DNA from: a virus
Strand: one strand, 5' to 3'
Virus record (IMG/VR): IMGVR_UViG_3300045988_167063
Length of the DNA stretch: 64,000 nt
This document shows positions 28,779-37,323 of the stretch, piece by piece (position 1 is the stretch's first letter; the number at the start of each line of letters is the position of its first letter). Below the pieces are notes generated by a model. It saw nothing but the letters and a program-made list of their open reading frames with translations, made no database searches and was not told the DNA's origin. The position numbers and the translations under genes were made by a program.

Positions 28779-28963
28779 CTTACCAACCCACTTTCTTTAA
28801 TTTTTTCTATTTCATCATTTATCATTTTATTAAGTTGAACTAATGATAAAGTGGCTTTTTCAATATCACCCTCAACCTCATAAAACTTTTGAGTAACGAC
28901 CTTGTTTTGAACGGGATTTTCACTTGTCAAACTTAATTCTGTATCAACTGTTATATCTGCCAT
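28775..28963 (-). CDS. small fiber-module protein
   Basis: ATG 28963 after AGAGGTG. SENPVQNKVVTQKF motif is shared with the C-terminus of 15067..16563. Confidence 0.45.
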   Translation of the reverse strand: MADITVDTELSLTSENPVQNKVVTQKFYEVEGDIEKATLSLVQLNKMINDEIEKIKESGLVS

Positions 28964-29029
28964 TTTATCACCTCTAAACAAAAAAAATAGGCTAATGTTT
29001 AAATAAAACACTAACCTATTTTATATATT

Positions 29030-31114
29030 TTATCCTTTATTCCAAACCTTTACTTGCGTTCCACTACTAAAATTACCCATCGAAGTTCTAATAGTAACCG
29101 AATTGTTTATAATAGGAGTTGGGAATAAACCAAAATTTCTATCACTACTTAAAGCAAAAGCAGTATTTGGTGTAATCGTACTCCAATCTAACAAAGCATA
29201 ATCATCACTTTGTTTTATAATATGCAATAAAACATTCTTACTATCTGTTTCTAAATTGCCAAGTGTAATATTAGTACCAAATAAATCAACTGTAAGACTA
29301 CCTTGTACTCCTGTATTTATAGGAGTATCTTTACTTAACCAAATATAATACTCTCCCTTGCTCAAATTAGACAAAGTATAGTATTCTGTATCTACCGAGA
29401 TTGACTCGTCTTTTAATATATCCCAACTTGGTGACAAATCAATATTTCCTCTATGCAAGATAGATTGATGATTTATTGTCTTTATATTTGTACCACTCAC
29501 AAGTTTATCTTGTTTTTTTACTAATTCTTCATCCATTTCTGCTCTTGTAGGAGTATAATTATTTATCCATTCTGCATCATTATGAAAATCATTAACAAAG
29601 TGCATACCTTCATTATCCCAATAAGAAAAAGAAGTGCCTGACTTACAAGTTATTACTCCTTTAGTAAAAGTTCTTTTTGTTTCATTAGACAACAATATGT
29701 TGCAACTTTCTATATTAATAATATAAAAGCTATCACTTAATGTTGTTAATTCAATACTATCTTTTAAGACAGGAGTTATAGGTAAATTTTCTAAATTATT
29801 AAAATCAGCAGTATTAAGAAGTTCAAAATTACCATTGCCTAAAATTGACTCATTATTTATGGTTTTAATGTTTTCGCCACTAATTAAAATATTTTGTTTA
29901 CCCTTGTCTAACTGTTCCGCAAATTGCCAAGTTTGATAAACTGCATTAAGATTAGTTCTATATAATTTCCAACTATCATTAGTTGTTAGTTTTTCAAAAT
30001 AATATTGATTTTCGTCTGTAATAAAATAAATAGACTTATATCCATTTTCGCCTTTATTGACTATTATAAAACTATTTGCGTTAACATAAATGACATTATT
30101 TTGTTTTTGAGTTGGTTCTTCTGCTTGCCAATCATATAAAATACTATTCGCAATACCAACATATCCTGCTTTATTTACAAAAATAGTTTTATTTTCGTCA
30201 AGTTGAGATAAATCATAGAAATTATCTTCCGTTGAATATTGTGAATAATCGGCAAAATCAATATTCTCAATATTTTCAAGAATATCAACTATGGACTGTG
30301 CGAGAAATTGCTTATCAATAGATTTATCTTTAAGTTTTAAAATGTCAGCATTTTCACCATTGCCAATTTCCTTGCTTAAAGGACTATTAACATCAAACTT
30401 CTTTGCTTTATTTTCAATAAGTTTTGCAAATACTTCATTATCTTTAATGTATTGAGTAATAAAATCTTTAAAAGAAATTTCCTCGCCTTTATAAGTGACT
30501 TTTGCCTCGTCAACCTTTAATCCATTTCCGATATTGTAATCATTTGCTGTTTTGTTCCCTTTTATTTCAATTTCGTTAAGTATTGGGATATTTAAAAGAC
30601 TTTCATAATCTTTTGTTTCGTCTTTAATTCTTGTTGTTGAAAGTACCTTATTACCACTCTTTAAAGATAAAGTATCATCTTCAAATTGAATACTATCACC
30701 TTTTGAGTCTAATTTATTCAATAACTGATTATATATAGGAATAGTTGGCTCTTGAGGAATTGTGTCGCTATCTTTGTCACTCTTTTGTAATATAATAGGT
30801 CTATTCATTTTAGTCCAAATTTCTGTATCATCTTGAACACCTTGAATAGAAACAATTAATTGACCCTCTCTTGTCAATACTTCCCACGGAATAAGACACA
30901 CTGTTTCATTTTCGCCCAAGAACATAGGAACACTAATGTCTTTTTCATCTTTATCATTACTTTTATTTATGAAATATGCAGTTTTAGAAAAATTATTCCA
31001 ATCCTCACTAAATTTGAATTTAGCGGTGTGGTATTTAACGGAGTCTGTTAAAATAATTCTTTTGGCATTTTTACAAACTACATCTAATTTATTTATATCA
31101 AAGGCATAAATCAA
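29030..31114 (-). CDS. tail fiber-like protein
   Basis: Two copies of the SG.NIKTIN..SIL..GN..L motif (SGENIKTINNESILGNGNFEL, SGTNIKTINHQSILHRGNIDL) typical of phage fibers. Confidence 0.55.
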   Translation of the reverse strand: MIYAFDINKLDVVCKNAKRIILTDSVKYHTAKFKFSEDWNNFSKTAYFINKSNDKDEKDISVPMFLGENETVCLIPWEVLTREGQLIVSIQGVQDDTEIWTKMNRPIILQKSDKDSDTIPQEPTIPIYNQLLNKLDSKGDSIQFEDDTLSLKSGNKVLSTTRIKDETKDYESLLNIPILNEIEIKGNKTANDYNIGNGLKVDEAKVTYKGEEISFKDFITQYIKDNEVFAKLIENKAKKFDVNSPLSKEIGNGENADILKLKDKSIDKQFLAQSIVDILENIENIDFADYSQYSTEDNFYDLSQLDENKTIFVNKAGYVGIANSILYDWQAEEPTQKQNNVIYVNANSFIIVNKGENGYKSIYFITDENQYYFEKLTTNDSWKLYRTNLNAVYQTWQFAEQLDKGKQNILISGENIKTINNESILGNGNFELLNTADFNNLENLPITPVLKDSIELTTLSDSFYIINIESCNILLSNETKRTFTKGVITCKSGTSFSYWDNEGMHFVNDFHNDAEWINNYTPTRAEMDEELVKKQDKLVSGTNIKTINHQSILHRGNIDLSPSWDILKDESISVDTEYYTLSNLSKGEYYIWLSKDTPINTGVQGSLTVDLFGTNITLGNLETDSKNVLLHIIKQSDDYALLDWSTITPNTAFALSSDRNFGLFPTPIINNSVTIRTSMGNFSSGTQVKVWNKG

Positions 31115-31143
31115 ATTATTGCCCTCCCATTTTCTAATTTAAT

Positions 31144-31171
31144 TATGTACCAAAGGGGCAAAATGCCCCTT
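31144..31171 (-). promoter_or_regulatory. hairpin plus GTACATA unit
   Basis: Minus strand: AAGGGGCA-ttt-TGCCCCTT, 2 nt, GTACATAATTAAATTAGAAAATGGGAGGG, then start of 29030..31114. Confidence 0.4.
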
Positions 31172-31172
31172 A

Positions 31173-31706
31173 TCAAGACAACTTTTGAATTAACTCTACT
31201 ATTGCAAATATAATACCACTTCCACCCACAATATAACCACCATACTTTGATAAAAATGTTTTAACTGAATTACTTTGAGTTTCAATAATATCAATTTTTG
31301 ATTTATTGTCAACTCTTTGAATTTCATCATCTACTTCGTCAAATTTATTTTCAACACTATTGATTTTACTTTCAACATTATTTACTTTATTTTCAACACT
31401 ATTAACTTTATCTGTCAACTGTGAAATAACTTCTGTTTGTTTCAAAAATGTTTCACCTTGATATTTAACTGTTTGTGCAATTTCAACCATAGAACTTTTA
31501 ACAGAGTCCAATGTGCTTACAAGTTTTTCATTTGCCTCAATAGATTGTTTAACTAAAAGGTCATTAGTATTAAGTTCAACCTCAAACTTATTCATTTTTT
31601 GATTAATTTCTTTAATATCATCATATTCAATATGGTCTATTCTTTTTTGAGTGTCTTTTATATCTTTAATAAGTCTATTAATTTCAACTGTTGTATTTTC
31701 TGCCAT
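31173..31706 (-). CDS. coiled-coil protein with C-terminal transmembrane anchor
   Basis: Repeats VNSVENKVNNVESKINSVENKF. C-terminal GGYIVGGSGIIFAIVELI hydrophobic helix. Confidence 0.55.
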   Translation of the reverse strand: MAENTTVEINRLIKDIKDTQKRIDHIEYDDIKEINQKMNKFEVELNTNDLLVKQSIEANEKLVSTLDSVKSSMVEIAQTVKYQGETFLKQTEVISQLTDKVNSVENKVNNVESKINSVENKFDEVDDEIQRVDNKSKIDIIETQSNSVKTFLSKYGGYIVGGSGIIFAIVELIQKLS

Positions 31707-31721
31707 TGAGATTATCCCCTT

Positions 31722-32402
31722 TTACAAAAAATCATCCTTATTTAAAAAGAGTGTTATATCACAAAGGATAATACTCCACAAAATGCAAGATGTGTATAAA
31801 TATAATTTTAAATATAGAAACAAAATGGCAAAAAATAAGGATATGACTATCCATTTAATCATACCCTTTCTATACCAAACAACATCATAAGGTTTATTAT
31901 ATTTGCTTGTATCTATATTTAATTTATTCCACAATAAAGTATAAGGTTTATTATTATACCACCTATCTTTAGGTTGTATATCGTTTATTTGCTCTTTAAA
32001 TGGTGCTTTTATATATAAGTCCTTAATTGATATTAACGCAATTAAAAAGACTAACCAAAGCCATTGTAGAGAATATTTTGACATATATCCTGTAACTATA
32101 ATTAACATATTAGAAATTACACTACACCTCAAATTTGAAGTGCAATGAAAACCGCCACAAAATTTTCTAATCTTATTAAAAACAATCGCGCTTACAATTA
32201 CAAAAGGCAAAATGTCAAACAAAATACCAAATACTATTATTGGAGTATATGTAGTTATTAGATAAATACAACAAGTTACATAATATGCTAAATCGTGATT
32301 GTCTGTTTTCTTAATAATAAAATCTTGTATTTTTTCTAAAATAAAAATCACCTCATTGTATTTATTATGTACTATGGTTGCTTTTTCAAGTAAAAGAACC
32401 AT
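31722..32402 (-). CDS. agrB: AgrB-like membrane cysteine endopeptidase
   Basis: IRKFCGGFHCTSNLRCSVIS aligns with S. aureus AgrB [20 protein letters not shown]. The catalytic His and Cys show the same 7-residue spacing. Multiple TM helices. Confidence 0.7.
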   Translation of the reverse strand: MVLLLEKATIVHNKYNEVIFILEKIQDFIIKKTDNHDLAYYVTCCIYLITTYTPIIVFGILFDILPFVIVSAIVFNKIRKFCGGFHCTSNLRCSVISNMLIIVTGYMSKYSLQWLWLVFLIALISIKDLYIKAPFKEQINDIQPKDRWYNNKPYTLLWNKLNIDTSKYNKPYDVVWYRKGMIKWIVISLFFAILFLYLKLYLYTSCILWSIILCDITLFLNKDDFL

Positions 32403-32425
32403 ATAAGAAAACTTTTAAGGTGTAA

Positions 32426-32902
32426 TTACTTACGAACTACGCCTGAACCCCACCATTGTTTCATCTTTAATCTCCTTAAAACGAAAATAAATATAAATTC
32501 AAATAAATCAATTACTATGAAATATTTGAACATTTTAAAGTTTGTAAGTTTAGATAAATCAATATTACAAACTCTCTCATAAAACAAAGAAAATGTTGCA
32601 TTGATTACTAAAGTATATAAATATTCTAAAGCAATAACAATTAACGAATAAAACACTTTCTTTATATCCTCATTTGTGTAATATCTTATCCTATAAATAT
32701 AGGCAAATATTACTATAATACCTATAATTTGCCTTGCAATAGGTGGTGCTAATGAACTCAAACAAAATACTGCACTAACAACTAAAGCATCGACAAATTT
32801 CAGTTTGATTTTTGTCAACTTGTTTACAAATAGATAGAATACTAAACTATCCCATAAACTAAATAACAAATAATCTGTTGCTAAGCCTTTAATAATTTCC
32901 AT
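32426..32902 (-). CDS. polytopic membrane protein
   Basis: About 5 hydrophobic segments, basic C-terminus. No kinase or other soluble domain. Confidence 0.55.
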   Translation of the reverse strand: MEIIKGLATDYLLFSLWDSLVFYLFVNKLTKIKLKFVDALVVSAVFCLSSLAPPIARQIIGIIVIFAYIYRIRYYTNEDIKKVFYSLIVIALEYLYTLVINATFSLFYERVCNIDLSKLTNFKMFKYFIVIDLFEFIFIFVLRRLKMKQWWGSGVVRK

Positions 32903-32969
32903 AATATAATCACCTTTCTTTGTTTTATTTCTTATGGTGACTACATTATATCACATAATATTTAAGATG

Positions 32970-33218
32970 TCAAGAGGAAAATGGAAAATTATCGTTAGTT
33001 TTTTCTACTACTTTTGTTGGTGGTACACAACAACAATCTAAATTTGGCAATATTTTTTCATACATTACCCTACTTCTAAATATATTATCAATTTGACTTA
33101 AACACTCTGCAACCTCTTTAAGTTCGCTAACATACATTTCATCATATTTTCTTGACTCTATTTCTGCTATTAGTCTATCAATTTGTGTATCAATCTTATC
33201 TCTTATACAATTTTCCAT
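32970..33218 (-). CDS. small helical protein with C-terminal CCC motif
   Basis: ATG preceded by GAAAGGTGGCTTTATAGAA. C-terminal ...LPNLDCCCVPPTKVVEKTNDNFPFSS. Confidence 0.5.
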   Translation of the reverse strand: MENCIRDKIDTQIDRLIAEIESRKYDEMYVSELKEVAECLSQIDNIFRSRVMYEKILPNLDCCCVPPTKVVEKTNDNFPFSS

Positions 33219-33242
33219 TTTCTATAAAGCCACCTTTCATAA

Positions 33243-33602
33243 TCAAGCATTTGTAAAATTGTATCTCAATATTTTAATGATTTGTTTTAAATCATCTTGT
33301 TTTATCTCTCCAAGTAACCTTTCTATTCTCTTTTTGCTTATATCTCTTATACATTCGCATAAAACAGTATTTGTCTTTTTTGCAAAGAACAGATAATCGT
33401 CACGAGATAATTCGTAATGATTTATCATATTTTTTTTGGTTGTACTTGATGTAATTGGAATAACAATAACATTATTCCGATTTTTATTCAGCATTTCTGC
33501 CGAAACAACAATACAAGGTCTTATACCCTTTTCCTCATTGCCAACATTTTCGTCACCAAGATTAACCATATAAATTCCACCTTGTTTTATGCTTCTACTC
33601 AT
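33243..33602 (-). CDS. mazF: MazF/PemK-family endoribonuclease toxin
   Basis: KQGGIYMVNLGDENVGNEEKGIRPCIVVS...VIVIPITSS and VLCECIRDISKKRI align with B. subtilis EndoA [28 protein letters not shown]...AAITAQ / VILLEQIRTIDKQRL. Confidence 0.8.
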   Translation of the reverse strand: MSRSIKQGGIYMVNLGDENVGNEEKGIRPCIVVSAEMLNKNRNNVIVIPITSSTTKKNMINHYELSRDDYLFFAKKTNTVLCECIRDISKKRIERLLGEIKQDDLKQIIKILRYNFTNA

Positions 33603-33967
33603 ATCTTTTTAGGTTTACTTGTTACTACTTTCTTTTTTTGTTCAAAAGGTGTCAACGAAACATCATAAATATCATCAATTCCCTCTTGAACATATACATA
33701 TTCGGGTACACTCTTAAAAGTGTTTTTTACTTTAATTGTAGTGTCCTTATATTCAATATATAAATATCCCCTACGCTCAAACAAAACTCTATTCGAGCCT
33801 TTTGGAATTTCCTTTAAATCTTTCACTTTACAATTTTCCCACCTGTCATTGAGAATAAATTTATTTTGCAAATTACAGAATTTACTATAATTGCAAATAT
33901 TATTAGTTTTTTTACAAAATAAATATTCTTTGCCTTTAAAATTCCTATATTCTGTATAAAAACACAT
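33599..33967 (-). CDS. Cys-rich protein translationally coupled to the MazF-like gene (candidate antitoxin)
   Basis: ATGA overlap with the downstream toxin. Five N-terminal Cys residues (C2, C18, C25, C31, C46). No AbrB/RHH-like motif recognised. Confidence 0.5.
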   Translation of the reverse strand: MCFYTEYRNFKGKEYLFCKKTNNICNYSKFCNLQNKFILNDRWENCKVKDLKEIPKGSNRVLFERRGYLYIEYKDTTIKVKNTFKSVPEYVYVQEGIDDIYDVSLTPFEQKKKVVTSKPKKI

Positions 33968-34013
33968 AAGTTTATCACCTATAAAAATGTGGGAGAGTAT
34001 AAAACCCTCCCAC

Positions 34014-34049
34014 TATATGTAAAAAGAGTAGAGTTTTACCCCTACTCTT
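34014..34049 (-). promoter_or_regulatory. hairpin plus TACATATA unit (variant), followed by a second hairpin
   Basis: Minus strand: AAGAGTAG-gggtaaaact-CTACTCTT, ttt, TACATATAG. Next comes hairpin 33989..34013, whose 11-nt loop GGTTTTATACT is identical to that of hairpin 37352..37375. Confidence 0.35.
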
Positions 34050-34059
34050 GAAAGCAAAA

Positions 34060-34380
34060 TTACATTGCTTTATATTTATCAACTTTATATTGAATATGGT
34101 CTATTCTATTTAGAATTTCTGAATGAGTAAATTTCCAAATATTTGTCATAACATCAAGTGTTATCTTATCTGTTATTTCATTGTCTTTCTTTTCTTTAAT
34201 AAGATTTACTACAAAAGTATGCAAACTATCTACATTTGCCATACAACCCTCATAAATCTTAAAATACTCCTCGCTTATTTCAGCATATTCATCTTTCCAT
34301 TCAATAGCCTTATCAATATAGCACTCTGCTTTGTCGATAAAACAATTTATATCTTTAACAAGTTCGGCAATAATTACCAT
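34060..34380 (-). CDS. small helical hypothetical protein
   Basis: ORF with RBS. No motif. Confidence 0.5.
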   Translation of the reverse strand: MVIIAELVKDINCFIDKAECYIDKAIEWKDEYAEISEEYFKIYEGCMANVDSLHTFVVNLIKEKKDNEITDKITLDVMTNIWKFTHSEILNRIDHIQYKVDKYKAM

Positions 34381-34393
34381 TTAAACTCACCCC

Positions 34394-34828
34394 TTAATGA
34401 AACATTTGATAAACTTCTTTAACTTTTGCTTTTACCATTGAACACTCTTCCATATCATCTTGACATATTTTAGCGAGTTCTCGGTAAACATCATTAACAT
34501 TATTTAAAAAATGTCCTAATTCATCGTGAGCCATTTGTAAATCATCGTCTTGTCTTGTTCTCTTATATTGTTCTTTGTAAGTCTTGTATGAAACAAATTC
34601 ATCCCAAGCATCTGCCAAATAATTGTCAATTTCTGTATGTTTAGCAATACTTTGAGCATTATCATCCTCATCGTATGCTTCACCTTTTATGACCTTGTTG
34701 AGTTTATGTTCCACTTTCATCAAATCCTTTAGATAATCTAAAAGATTTTCAGTAATTGACATATCACTTACCATTTCATATTCTTCAACAATATTTTTAA
34801 GAATTTTTTGGGCAATCTGTTTATCCAT
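34394..34828 (-). CDS. helical hypothetical protein
   Basis: ATG 34828 after AGGTGGTG, overlapping the upstream stop. Confidence 0.5.
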   Translation of the reverse strand: MDKQIAQKILKNIVEEYEMVSDMSITENLLDYLKDLMKVEHKLNKVIKGEAYDEDDNAQSIAKHTEIDNYLADAWDEFVSYKTYKEQYKRTRQDDDLQMAHDELGHFLNNVNDVYRELAKICQDDMEECSMVKAKVKEVYQMFH

Positions 34829-35039
34829 TAACATCACCACCTATTTTATTCAAAATTAAATCAAGTTTTTTATCTTGCTCTTCTAAATGATTATGAATAT
34901 CTATAAGCATATTGTGCATATTTTTTTCTAAATCATCTTTGGTTATGACCTTATCATAAGTCATAATTCCCAACATAGTTCCCATTACAGAAACTACATC
35001 AAGAGCAGATATTTCTTGTCGAACATTATTGTTTGCCAT
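34821..35039 (-). CDS. small hypothetical protein
   Basis: ORF immediately after 35041..35469. Confidence 0.5.
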   Translation of the reverse strand: MANNNVRQEISALDVVSVMGTMLGIMTYDKVITKDDLEKNMHNMLIDIHNHLEEQDKKLDLILNKIGGDVNG

Positions 35040-35040
35040 A

Positions 35041-35469
35041 TTAAGACAATTTTGTAACTGTTACATTAGCATTTGTTATTGTAACAGGTGTTCCGTCATT
35101 TTGAATAGTAAGATTAAGTGGAATATTATCAGTAACAGCACAGCAATTTGGACTTACTCTAACCATAAACTGTGATTGAGATAAGTTCATAATTACAGTA
35201 TCAGCAGTAGCAGACTGTGAAGCCTCAAAGCCTTCAATCTGTGTGCCATTACCATACAAATGGAATGTCGCTGTGCCACCTGCCGTTGCGACTGTACTTG
35301 CCGTTGCAGTGAAATCTACAAGATACCAACCTGCCCTATGCAAGCTAATAGCCGAACTTCCTGCCGAATGTCTTACTGTGCAAGAATTACTATTATAATT
35401 AGTTGTAAATACCACGGCACTGCCTGTATTTACTGTTTGTGTAGTATTAGAGAATGTAGTCAAAGCCAT
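35041..35469 (-). CDS. BclA C-terminal domain-like (C1q/TNF-like jelly roll) protein without collagen repeats
   Basis: ATG 35469 after GAAAGGA. Thr/Ala/Asn-rich beta pattern (AGWYLVDFTATAS...FHLYGNGTQIEG...LNLTIQNDG...ANVTVTKL) resembles the exosporium BclA CTD. Confidence 0.45.
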   Translation of the reverse strand: MALTTFSNTTQTVNTGSAVVFTTNYNSNSCTVRHSAGSSAISLHRAGWYLVDFTATASTVATAGGTATFHLYGNGTQIEGFEASQSATADTVIMNLSQSQFMVRVSPNCCAVTDNIPLNLTIQNDGTPVTITNANVTVTKLS

Positions 35470-35611
35470 TATATCAAGTCCTTTCAAGTATTTAGCATAT
35501 CGCACTTATACTGAAATAACTTTATCTAAATAGAAAAATGGCGAGTATTTCTACTCGCCATTATTATTTAATATTTGGTGCGAGTATGCACTCTGTCATA
35601 TTTTATTTAGA

Positions 35612-36298
35612 TTATGCTACTGTTCCGCAACCATTGCAATTACTGTAACCATATACATTTGTTGGGGTTGTATATGGTGAGCAAGTAATATAAGACGGAA
35701 TTGGGAACGGTCTTAAAAGGTTGACAAGGTTTGCAGACTGTGCTTGCTGTGAAAGTTGGAAGTTTGCAGTCTGTAATTCTCTATCTCTGTCCTCAAGTTT
35801 ATCACGAAGGTCTTGCATTGTATTAGCGTTAATCAATGCACGAGTAGCTTCGCCCTCTGCGTGAATTGCAGTAGTAATTTCGCAAGTGTTCTGTGCATTT
35901 TCATAACGAACTGCATCAATGTTGCGATTGGTTGTGCAACAGCAATCTTTCATTTGATAACCAAGTTCTGTAATGCCACCTGAAACACCATTAAAACCAT
36001 TAAGCATAGTTGTATTCATAGCATAAAAGCCATCACACAAACCATTAGAAATGCCATCAAGTTTATTAATAATTTGGTTAGTGTCAAATCCTCTCTGAAT
36101 ATCAGCCTGTGTTGCATAAGTGCCAACAGCACCATTACCATAGCCACCCCAAGCACTACCTCCACCAAAAAGAAGAATAAACACAATTATAAGAGCGAGA
36201 ATACCACCAGCACCACCACTAAGGAAACCGCCGTTGTCATCATTATTCTTTGTGAGAGCGAGAGCATCTCCAATACTTAAACCATTATCCATTGCCAT
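35612..36298 (-). CDS. Gly-rich membrane protein with Cys-rich ectodomain
   Basis: One TM helix (GGILALIIVFILLFGGG), CCC motif (MKDCCCTTNR), coiled coil, C-terminal CSPY...CNGCG. Confidence 0.5.
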   Translation of the reverse strand: MAMDNGLSIGDALALTKNNDDNGGFLSGGAGGILALIIVFILLFGGGSAWGGYGNGAVGTYATQADIQRGFDTNQIINKLDGISNGLCDGFYAMNTTMLNGFNGVSGGITELGYQMKDCCCTTNRNIDAVRYENAQNTCEITTAIHAEGEATRALINANTMQDLRDKLEDRDRELQTANFQLSQQAQSANLVNLLRPFPIPSYITCSPYTTPTNVYGYSNCNGCGTVA

Positions 36299-36562
36299 AA
36301 TAAAAATCTCCTTTTACTTAAATAAAATATATATTTATATTAAATTTAAGAGCCGTACGCATCTCTTAAATAAAATATCATTTATTAAAAGAGAGTACAA
36401 CTAAAAGAGATTTTAAAGTTAAGGGTTTACTTAAAAACATTAATTGCACCCCCTTGTAGTACAAATAATGTTTTGATTGTATTAACCAAAATCATATTAT
36501 TTTGATTGATTGTTTAAAGAAAGCACAATCAATATTTCTAAAGCCACCTTTCAAAATATATG

Positions 36563-36829
36563 TCACATAAAGTGTTTAAGAAAATTTCCTATACCCTTTA
36601 TATTTTTTAAATTTCCTTGAGTAGTTTTCATTATTTCCTCAGCCTGTTTTGTTGCTTGATTTATCTGTTCTTGAGAAAATTGCCCACTACTCTGCATTTT
36701 TGCTAATAGCTCATTTGGGTCTAAATTTTTCATATTCATAACATCAACGAATTTTTGAAAATTATTCATATTGAACCCATTACCATTAGACTGTGAAGAA
36801 CCCATAGAAAAAGGATTAAAAGATTTCAT
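36563..36829 (-). CDS. small Q/N/S-rich hypothetical protein
   Basis: ORF coupled to the upstream gene (TAATG overlap). Confidence 0.5.
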   Translation of the reverse strand: MKSFNPFSMGSSQSNGNGFNMNNFQKFVDVMNMKNLDPNELLAKMQSSGQFSQEQINQATKQAEEIMKTTQGNLKNIKGIGNFLKHFM

Positions 36830-37323
36830 TACTTCGCCTCCCTATTTTGAGTTTTGGTAGGTTTAACTTTTGATAATTCTTGAATAGTATTATTCTGTTG
36901 AATTATAACATCTTTTAACCTATCAACCTCACTATTAAGTTCGTTAAATTTGTCAACAGTTACATAATTTTTATTTTCTTTTGTTTCTGAATTATTAAAA
37001 TCAATCTCGTGTAATTCGTATGCCCCAAAACTCGGTTGCCCCACGGCTGAAACCGCTTTAACATAAATTTCAGGCTTGCTTGTATGTCTAAACCACCTTA
37101 TTTGTCCGTTTGGCACATTAAAGTCTTGTGCCTCTTGCATACTTGAAACTGTAATAAAATCAAAATTAGTATTAGTCATTTGACTATTATTATTATTTTG
37201 TTGTTCTACCATATTCATATATCTGTTATATCGGCTATCATTATTAAAATTATTTTGAAAGCCATTTGGTTGTTGATAAGTCATTCCATAATTATTAGGA
37301 AAGCCATAACCACCATAACTCAT
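36829..37323 (-). CDS. protein with Q/N/Y/G-rich low-complexity N-terminus
   Basis: ATG 37323 after GAAAGGTGGCTTATAGA. N-terminus is MSYGGYGFPNNYGMTYQQPNGFQNNFNN...QQNNNNSQ. Confidence 0.55.
   Translation of the reverse strand: MSYGGYGFPNNYGMTYQQPNGFQNNFNNDSRYNRYMNMVEQQNNNNSQMTNTNFDFITVSSMQEAQDFNVPNGQIRWFRHTSKPEIYVKAVSAVGQPSFGAYELHEIDFNNSETKENKNYVTVDKFNELNSEVDRLKDVIIQQNNTIQELSKVKPTKTQNREAK

Noticed and set aside
32970-33218. Calling the 82-aa CCC-motif protein an AgrD autoinducer precursor
   Set aside because: It lacks the short length, N-terminal amphipathic membrane helix and C-x4 thiolactone spacing of AgrD. It is kept only as a speculative substrate in the findings.
36563-37323. Tail assembly chaperone -1 frameshift pair
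   Set aside because: The two ORFs are joined by a simple stop/start overlap. I found no slippery heptamer and no extended -1 frame.
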